A stretch of 64,000 nt of DNA from a virus: the IMG/VR virus record IMGVR_UViG_3300027503_000002, one strand, 5' to 3'. Under the pieces are notes generated by a model. That model made no database searches. It saw nothing but the letters and a program-made list of their open reading frames with translations, and was not told the origin of the DNA. Of this stretch, positions 59,401-64,000 are shown piece after piece. A program made the position numbers and the translations under genes. Every line of letters starts with the position of its first letter. Position 1 is the stretch's first letter.

Positions 59401-59479
59401 GAGCGAGCAGATCAAACAAGTCGTCATCCAAACAATCAATGAGGAAAAGAGACTAGGCGGATCATTAAGAAGTAGATAA
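50411..59479 (+). CDS. tape measure protein (3022 aa) with inserted enzyme-like modules
   Basis: N-terminal TP901-type TMP core (EFSRQG, AVSAEDLAKGL.RAGS, IGNAFKTIFTRI), long coiled-coil, C-terminal YATGG..DDVPAMLSEGEYV motifs. Confidence 0.85.
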   Translation: MAKGITVPVVQSGLEASIEAAAKKAGPLTLSASVDPGSFKRLAQPLGRVSGLATEFEKSIAASNARVIAFGASVGIINGVQNAFATLVKTTIEVEKSLANIAIISGKTTQELEPFSRALFEIAKTTSQSFQTASEAALEFSRQGLGLEETLKRTQDALTLTRFTTLSAAEAVDVLTAAANSFGATGITTSEILNKLVAVDTKFAVSAEDLAKGLSRAGSIAQEVGVSFDELNAIVTIAQERTARGGAVIGNAFKTIFTRIRSDETIKALQSIGIYSFDAEGRLRPVVSLLEELAGKINTLSETKRIEVLEAIASKYNINVLTALVDDLGSTASKFREARDVSAGAQSEAYQRQIELNQTLDAVITRVTNSAAQLADTLGRIGVTDSLKSLLNFFDNILTGINDVIDSEGIGGTIAKGLISGLSGVFFKIGIPLLLAIFVKLTKDIAQFGTESLKTILGINKEVRERQALEQAVVNTLIKDQQVMATILSLSGDRRKQEEYLLSVYNRQLAALQQVQSIAANVAPALQAAGLSATSGTIKKRAAGGYLPAEEAKDVRRGVGGASPSSKVVEIPNFSFGGGKRGTMVANTSEYIVPNYAGGSGTAIFNQDMAKEYGLPPGAKKITASGGFVPANGFVPNFAAKKFNVFDQAKAKVKKDQEPIDYVDLDGIRRSAYLTLDASIDPVGRFSKLQSSAQQKLTEKLGPIAENAKIVPDQGSIEFVQINKSLQRDDLVQKIRETKNKIQANPKAKIDKDIEDIIQSILPETKGSVDNNLKAAVKTELQVQGPAAFRSGNILEDILFKKITGTIEGRNSKTWDLPAEQSGAFKSRFGFKSKFGDIKLGSSTSSISSFIGKHIISPTGQNASGGYIPNFARYVYDADRVDADKNNLLKAILASRVKKNLIVGPAGSGKSTYGESLGSFITNIAQLTDASEIDILSGAARTKDGGVSKNFQQISDAVNASGGKISYLYTGNMDILSRRTGRIAEGPKQGDLRSKKQIAGSMFAPLNQFDFISKVKGSAKNFEMIRGAKGYVPNFADKKPATIKGGKVDRKTYTGPRALVSAQGIAGMIVPDQANQETMTNYLKKNPWGFQTKEDVYLPPENSLITNVRYNTYGLNEQAFEGQALKKSGTQTLIEADVEKAGIEIAKKWATKYSDEYAKKMPGRSVKTNYDENFIRTSFTESEGAVSAISTLGGGIFESSIRAALDTQVGQRIEKAQKEDSNNRLDFPVNPFLKELFGIGGGEQFVDAKISGSPGSTGRKLADQIVAAQLYKPYKTVKTAAAEGYIPNFAQKKQQSILAPSGQFYDLDTADAFLAASNVNLEAKPSAPKGLGDELKKRILTSARRVYGPNAQIGISRLPGKREAFTSTVLANPALADDFIALQKATTGGVGPESNTPEALAKFNNPTPFDPTPWPAVRAVGGKTRSIKKVGPRSLNAAAGYIPNFADLFVDYDYTIFGQQLGKATDFNAQKALIKNIPEDQMTEQERQARDAQMKLLTPFGQKLLQSKKPFKLATARWNDYQPGIESSLKGLGFNVNGVFALGREFSEEQYKVDNPKFAEEMKKPEGERNTRVKPKIDPSAAQKKALFFKERAPKIATGDIDFVDNDPANLQAVKSLMPKINTFTPDQYAAKLLAPQRVKGTKASLGYVPNFADNDPLKEAVNREVGAGVPPARVRVTQDERLKNSKNPNGLAVINTRDEPNGKIPNDFRERGMRAAMGSRGFVPNFADLSTKQIKEILGKSPNPISAERYTGGEGFDYGVQTQKQGDQKQEANDETKKIDIGKFLVLQTAIVGATSAVQAFTEENSNAANALEGVNAGLSGLATFASLAGSVNIPLRIFLGSLTALASAAPLISRIFEAQKTPAEKASEALTKLAREAERTGQKLTPENILAKLTEGRAEGKQKQEAVKVSDLVEKAITSTQSVGFPDISKDLIKQISAVLSATGNITRDQEGKITGVDTDAINKIFAGVITKTTEQGLASQDFMGGVQPGVERTAVNENLLQENVIDLLNDQIKNEKQRLSIRQEGQVLDKVQQALLTRDNELLLSRQKALESIFQTQLKINEKYNEESLRIEGLSAALEREKQFRTESYTISQKAALDKEKAEAEYNKTVAQIALDLRKNLGAGAKESVLGGTQQVQDFLGNLDTSKLQGLIDGYANALKTNEQALKDGTVKIDDVFGSVWSKFTEGLVGVPPELNNLILGSKEQFLALVRSAYETKANADQTRILTNTQIDFAATNSEANTELRKLQSAYKQNRSRLAYLNSRNDGSETQDITSDEAAAVEEQLNIQREKLITSIQDLEIANAEEIALLPEKKKADLQRVLITNGHAKSIRELTGIDQAAAIAASNLSEETDKRVFQLKTDAKNAELKLNTDNNLLNAETDLIDAYNQAYKGSIQTETVAAKLRSAQSKLTKSESDKDDELQVQIALIQQNWKGESRDIQRKTELLREQNKKISVTQQAIRLEEQLNLEAEQLIEARRKASAALSEINLTKAIENQITSAGTANIQEITKTIVQGRALTQTGVQSSFEQQARASVFERRMAGRTEVDLRESTNILSGRDNSIQQNLQIQRGVLLDQAETFQQIIGNQTPKLFADGMAEAMQAALNQADDLGGALRNVALNFLKSLQSAFLQSASRQIVASILPTGAAKGGYVKGYATGGLVTGGSGYKDDVPAMLSEGEYVIRKSSVKKYGASNLQKLNSGEAPKFAAGGIFLPGIRGQTEISGYKDLTAFAKQTTTSGATDVLAGGATTAFANLEDQSSRLSAYALMREDDTINQEIRSAQEQAMNIMAEREAYRTAERKAFQKQLVGTVASAALSYGINAGVGKLGSLFSGAAAAGKGSATGLGLMDQVSGKTQFLTNAKPFSFQSPPAFNYSFGPTKAYGGMIKRYNAGGPTDDIPALLMGGEYVMNRQATKKYGKQFFDSINQGRAPRFADGGQVSTAEPSFAEKAATSSDSKAAGATNVSININVTGGTSDTQTQGDTKQGGIDYKKMSEQIKQVVIQTINEEKRLGGSLRSR
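52307..55594 (+). repeat. seven in-frame G[YF][IV]PNFA peptide repeats inside the tape measure
   Basis: Codon starts at 52307, 53006, 53498, 54260, 54728, 55349 and 55574. Confidence 0.9.
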
Positions 59480-60249
59480 TGAAATCATCAGTATCAAGCT
59501 ATGAAAACAGTCTTTATATCAGCGGCGTCAAAATATTTGGCGTCAACGATGTTAATTTCGGCTATTCTTTGCCGATTGAGCACATCAATGTTATCGGCGC
59601 TAATAAATTTACTACTTTTACCAATAACGCGCCGCAGTCAAACCTGAGTGTTCAGAAGTACCTTTCGCCAGCAGACTTCTTTTTAAATTTTACGGGGGCT
59701 GGACAGGTCAGCGGCGGTTTATTTTACAATAATAAGAATTTTACATTTAATCGCGCGTATCTTAATAATTATTCTGTTTCCTGCGCCGTTGGAAACTTTC
59801 CATCTCTAAGCGCCGATTTCACAATCTTTGGTAATGTAGGAACTGGTGTCGCAAGTTCGGGGGCTAGCCAAACAGGCGCACTATCAGTCGTCCGTCCTAG
59901 AGATATAGCTATTCGATGCGATGGTACTGGAACAAACAGAATCGAAGCTTTTACATACTCACTTGAGTGCCCAAGACAGGCTTTTTATCATCCAACTGGA
60001 TCAACTCCAATGGATGTTGTGACATTGCGCCCATTTAGGGCAACCGCCCAGTTCACGCTTGGCGTTGATGATTATGAGTCGAAAAGAGTTTTAGATTATA
60101 TTGTTGATTCCAACAAGCAGAATATTAATATAACAATAGGGTCTCTGGCGACATTTTCAATGAACAATATGGAGTTAATAAGTGAAACGATCAATTCGTC
60201 CGCAACTGACGAGCTTTCGTTAACGCTTACTTATCAAGGATTTGTCTAA
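59479..60249 (+). CDS. tail-tube-like tail-tip protein
   Basis: AYLNNYSVSCAVGNFPSLS and VVRPRDI align with tail tube AYITNYTVEAAVGGLPTVS and ALRPGDI. Confidence 0.6.
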   Translation: MKSSVSSYENSLYISGVKIFGVNDVNFGYSLPIEHINVIGANKFTTFTNNAPQSNLSVQKYLSPADFFLNFTGAGQVSGGLFYNNKNFTFNRAYLNNYSVSCAVGNFPSLSADFTIFGNVGTGVASSGASQTGALSVVRPRDIAIRCDGTGTNRIEAFTYSLECPRQAFYHPTGSTPMDVVTLRPFRATAQFTLGVDDYESKRVLDYIVDSNKQNINITIGSLATFSMNNMELISETINSSATDELSLTLTYQGFV

Positions 60250-61211
60250 TGTCATTTCTATACGACAGAGATTATAATGTCACAGGAACGGTTCAAACAA
60301 CGTTTGATTTTAAACCGTCTTATGGAACCTCTGTCAATTTTTCGGCGGATTTAAGCTCTTATGTTACTGTCGATAATTATTTATATTCAATGCCAAGAGG
60401 AATGAATCATTTGCAGATGACGGTGCAAATGCCATTTGAAAACAGAAAAGAGGCTGAAGCTACAAGAATTGCCAGTTTCTTTGAGAATCTTCGCGGCACA
60501 GGATATTTCACTTTTACCGATCCAGCTTCGATATACAAGCCAGTTAATTTATTTTGCGGCGGAATTCAAACTAATTTCACAGTCAATGATCTTTATACAA
60601 TACAAGTCGAATTGGCTACGGATCAAGTTTCGTCTCTTTTAAATTGGAATGGAATGTTTGTTACGGGCTCTGGCATAAAGGGAAGTTGGGCCACATCTAC
60701 TGCGTATTCAAAATACGATGTTGTCAGACATACTGGCAATGCATCTTTCCCGCAGAATACCGGCAACTTATATGATTGCTTTTATTACTGTACTGGCGAT
60801 CACACAAGCCAGTCTTCCATCAATGGCTCAGAAATTACCAACGGAAAATGGACGCAGGAGTTCTTTTTTCAGCCAACTTACTCGTCAACGGTGGGCAAAG
60901 AGACTTCTACTTTAAAGACAGAGTTGCCGTATTCATTCACAAAAAGAAGCGATTTTGGACTGCACGGAAATGTTCTAAAACAATTTACGATGGAGTTTAA
61001 GGGAATCACTGATCTTGAGGCGAGATCGATTTTACACTTTCTAACTGGAAGACAGGGCTATAGAAAGTTCCAGTATAAAATACCAAATATATATAATAAA
61101 AACAAATACTTTTTTGCACCAGAGTGGAAGCACACTTTTGTTTATAAAAATGTAAATGATATTTCAGTAACGCTGGTGGAAGATCCTGTCGGCATAAGGA
61201 GGGTTTACTAA
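60249..61211 (+). CDS. minor tail (distal-tail-like) protein, duplicated domain with CBM-like insert
   Basis: Two FxP(S/T)Y..EA..I..F....G...F units; WATSTAYSKYDVV insertion. Confidence 0.55.
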   Translation: MSFLYDRDYNVTGTVQTTFDFKPSYGTSVNFSADLSSYVTVDNYLYSMPRGMNHLQMTVQMPFENRKEAEATRIASFFENLRGTGYFTFTDPASIYKPVNLFCGGIQTNFTVNDLYTIQVELATDQVSSLLNWNGMFVTGSGIKGSWATSTAYSKYDVVRHTGNASFPQNTGNLYDCFYYCTGDHTSQSSINGSEITNGKWTQEFFFQPTYSSTVGKETSTLKTELPYSFTKRSDFGLHGNVLKQFTMEFKGITDLEARSILHFLTGRQGYRKFQYKIPNIYNKNKYFFAPEWKHTFVYKNVNDISVTLVEDPVGIRRVY

Positions 61212-64000
61212 TGGGCAGACCAATCTCATATGAAATGCAAATGATGTTTGTTGGTTCCTCTGGCGCTTTTGAGGAGGCGATGAACACGGGCAGCGGAATC
61301 AGTCGTCTTGATTTTATTCAGGGCTACGACTTCTCTTTCAATATTGAAAGAACTCCGCTGAAACAAATCGGCTCCGATTCGTTTGCTACAAGGCAGACTC
61401 AGCTTGCGCCGGATGTTAATTTAAATATTCAATACTATTTGAATGATGGCTGGAATGATAAGTATATTGGACTGGATATACCGACAGGTACGACTGGTAA
61501 CCCATTCGATTCTATTCTTTCGTCTACTGGCGACCGTAATTTCTATATCAGTATCGCGCAGAATGATGGAATGGATCAGAACTTACAAACAGGAATTGTT
61601 AATAGTAATATTCTCGCGATTGGTAACGCCTATATTACTAACTATGAAATCAGTGTGGCAGTTAATCAGCTGGCGACTGTTTCGTGTTCTTTTGTGGGCG
61701 CAAATGCTAATGTGCAAGATTATGCGACTTCGAAGTACTTACCATCGGTAAATACCCTTGTTAGTGGCCAAAATGCTCAAGATGCAAATAAAAATTTCTC
61801 GTTAAACTTTGTCAATAACTCAAGAACTGAAAGGTATTTGCCAAAAGCAAAGGAAGTATTTAATGGCGGATGTCCTTACAGTAAATGTAAGATTACCCCA
61901 GACTTTCAGTCAGGTGGCGGCACTTCGCCAATTACTTTTGGCTTCTTTGACGCGATTGCCAACAACTTCCAGAGTATGCAATTCTCTGTTCAGTTTGAAC
62001 GCAAGGCTCTTTATGGGTTTGGCAATAATCATCCATACATTAGAAAAATTCAAAGACCAACAGTTGCCACATTATCTTTGTCGGCGCTGATTGATGATTT
62101 TCAAGCTGAAAATTTGAGTAAGGTTTTTCACGCTGAAGGTGGAACTCAGAAATCAATGTTGATTGAGTTTTTTAATTTAGAAGACGTTAAAAAGTTTGGG
62201 TTGTCGTTACAAAACCTAACGCTTGAGTCTTATAACCTTGGAGCAAGAATTGGAGACAGGGTTTTAGTAGAAACTAATTGGAGCGTTGAGGTTAAGAACG
62301 GCGCAGGGGCAGATATTGGTATGGTTGGGTCTTATGGACCGCCGCTTCTTGATGTAACAAAAGTTAATGAGTCTTTTGCAGTTGAGAGGTTATTTTTTCA
62401 AGCGGCTGCATCAGACGCTGGACAGTCTTTTGCTATCGATAAAAATGGAACACTATGGGGTTGGGGAGTCAATACTTACTGGTCAGAGAATTTCCGCGTT
62501 AATACAATTAATTCTTTAGAAGGTCAAGTGGCAACTCCTACAAAAATAATAGGCGCTAATCGTACTTTTTGTAAAGTAGTATCTACGGGAGGAGGCTTTA
62601 GCGCTATAGACAAAAAAGGTAAAGTCTGGAGTTGGGGGCCAAACAATTATGGTCAAATTGGAGACGGCTCTACAACAAGTCGCACATTGCCAACATCTTT
62701 ATATGGCAATAAAACATTTTGTGAAATATCTGGGACTTTTGATAGAAAAGTAGGCTTAGATAAAAACGGTAAGCTTTGGGCTTGGGGGCAATTAAGTAAT
62801 TCTCCGGCAGTATGCTCTTCAACTCCAGTAGCAGTTTATCAAGACAAGACATTCTGTAAAATATCTAATGCTTCGGATTTTATCGACAAAAATGGTAAAG
62901 CTTGGGCGTGGAGTTATCCAAATCCAACTGCTGTCGGCGGTAATAAAACATTCTCCGAAATATCCTCAGCTGGTAATTATACGCTTGCGATAGATAAATA
63001 TGGAAAGGCTTGGGGCTGGGGATATAACGGTGCTAATAATATTGGAAGCGGAAGTAGCATTCCAGATTTTGTCAATTCTAATAGTCCAATAGCTGTTTAT
63101 GGAAATAAAACATTTTGTAAAATATTTGCAAGAGATGAATTTAACGGAATTGGAACCTCTTTTGCAATTGATAAAAATGGCAAAGCTTGGGGATGGGGAG
63201 CGAATGGATATGGACAGTTAGGAGATAATTCGATAATAAATAGATGCACGCCAGTGGCAGTTTGTGGAAATAAAATATTTTCTAATATTTATATTGGATA
63301 TACTACAGCGAGTTGGACTGCGGCGGACGATATTCCCCGTCCTTTTGTTATTGGAATAGATAATAACAATACAGCTTGGAGTTGGGGAAGTAATTTAGCA
63401 GGAACTTTAGGAAACGGTAATAAACATTACCATTGTGTTCCTATTTTAGTTAATAGCGCTAGAACATTCTGTAAAATAGCGGCTAATGCATACACTTCTC
63501 TTACATTAGATAAAAATGGTCTGGCTCAATTTTCTGGATTCACTAATATTTATGGAAATAAAACCGTATGCGAAATTGGTCTTTCTTTGGAAAGTTACTA
63601 TATAATAGATAATGCTGGTAAAGCTTGGGCTTGGGGGACCAATGACTTTGGGCAGTTGGGAGATAATTCAATAACTTCTCGGGCTACTCCAGTTCAGGTA
63701 TATGGCAGTAAAACTTTTTGTAAAATTATAGGAAACAATGCAACATTCAGCGGCGATGCATTTGCACTCGCTATAGATAAATATAATAAAGCTTGGGCGT
63801 GGGGCATAAATACTAGGGGGCAGCTTGGAAATAATTCTATAACTAGTAGGCGTACTCCTGTCGCAGTTTGCGGAAACAAAACATTTTGTCAAATATGTGC
63901 TGGATATGATCACGTTCTCGCAATTGACAAAAATGGTAAAGCTTGGGGCTGGGGAGGTAATTACTTTGGAGCAGTTGGAGATGGCTCTACAGTATGTAGA
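61211..64000 (+). CDS. tail-tube-like domain fused to RCC1 repeats (partial, runs off the window; missing from ORF track)
   Basis: ATG 61211 overlaps the upstream TAA; read by hand with no stop found; N-domain matches tail tube motifs, RCC1 repeats from about 62420. Confidence 0.8.
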   Translation, partial: MGRPISYEMQMMFVGSSGAFEEAMNTGSGISRLDFIQGYDFSFNIERTPLKQIGSDSFATRQTQLAPDVNLNIQYYLNDGWNDKYIGLDIPTGTTGNPFDSILSSTGDRNFYISIAQNDGMDQNLQTGIVNSNILAIGNAYITNYEISVAVNQLATVSCSFVGANANVQDYATSKYLPSVNTLVSGQNAQDANKNFSLNFVNNSRTERYLPKAKEVFNGGCPYSKCKITPDFQSGGGTSPITFGFFDAIANNFQSMQFSVQFERKALYGFGNNHPYIRKIQRPTVATLSLSALIDDFQAENLSKVFHAEGGTQKSMLIEFFNLEDVKKFGLSLQNLTLESYNLGARIGDRVLVETNWSVEVKNGAGADIGMVGSYGPPLLDVTKVNESFAVERLFFQAAASDAGQSFAIDKNGTLWGWGVNTYWSENFRVNTINSLEGQVATPTKIIGANRTFCKVVSTGGGFSAIDKKGKVWSWGPNNYGQIGDGSTTSRTLPTSLYGNKTFCEISGTFDRKVGLDKNGKLWAWGQLSNSPAVCSSTPVAVYQDKTFCKISNASDFIDKNGKAWAWSYPNPTAVGGNKTFSEISSAGNYTLAIDKYGKAWGWGYNGANNIGSGSSIPDFVNSNSPIAVYGNKTFCKIFARDEFNGIGTSFAIDKNGKAWGWGANGYGQLGDNSIINRCTPVAVCGNKIFSNIYIGYTTASWTAADDIPRPFVIGIDNNNTAWSWGSNLAGTLGNGNKHYHCVPILVNSARTFCKIAANAYTSLTLDKNGLAQFSGFTNIYGNKTVCEIGLSLESYYIIDNAGKAWAWGTNDFGQLGDNSITSRATPVQVYGSKTFCKIIGNNATFSGDAFALAIDKYNKAWAWGINTRGQLGNNSITSRRTPVAVCGNKTFCQICAGYDHVLAIDKNGKAWGWGGNYFGAVGDGSTVCR

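Noticed and set aside
40117-64000. Diversity-generating retroelement acting on the RCC1 or LamG genes
   Set aside because: No reverse transcriptase in the window and no near-identical template/variable pair differing only at adenines was seen.
1-64000. tRNA/rRNA genes, integrase, alternative genetic code
   Set aside because: No cloverleaf or rRNA-like sequence or recombinase motif recognised by eye; large genes are intact under code 11. A tRNAscan-SE run would be needed to be sure.

Overview
A 64-kb segment of a large lytic tailed dsDNA phage genome, probably siphovirus-like: it has a tail tube and a very long tape measure, and no sheath is visible. Standard code 11 reads through all large genes. 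Four zones: (i) 1-3.8 kb, small accessory genes including a beta-helix protein, an SNase-like nuclease and a lipoprotein; (ii) ~3.8-12.7 kb, a visibly GC-richer 'early' island of short promoter-gene-terminator units (AT-hook protein, RuvB-like ATPase, bL12-CTD-like, DUF932, Gp88-like, SleB-type hydrolase and others), punctuated by 8 copies of a conserved palindromic element (TACGTAG-WW-CTACGTA / CCGGGCC-N-GGCCCGG / TGTAAAA x2); (iii) 12.9-16.9 kb, a minus-strand block with APS kinase, a HAD phosphatase, a secreted Ig-domain protein and an AbrB-like protein; (iv) 17-64 kb, the morphogenesis region: PhoH, sigma-like factor, ERCC4 nuclease, terminase, portal, protease/scaffold, capsid, a 1925-aa Gly-X-Y fibre, LamG and RCC1 proteins, a sulfotransferase/glycosyltransferase/methyltransferase cluster, an inverted tail-tube block, chaperones, a 3022-aa tape measure and tail-tip genes. 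The two best candidates for undescribed systems are (1) the tape-measure protein, which carries enzyme-like cargo modules (two PD-(D/E)xK-like, a P-loop kinase, a HAD phosphatase) each bounded by a repeated G[YF][IV]PNFA motif, suggesting a processed, injected polyprotein, and (2) the repeat-punctuated early gene-cassette array. All functional calls come from reading motifs by eye; no database search was run.
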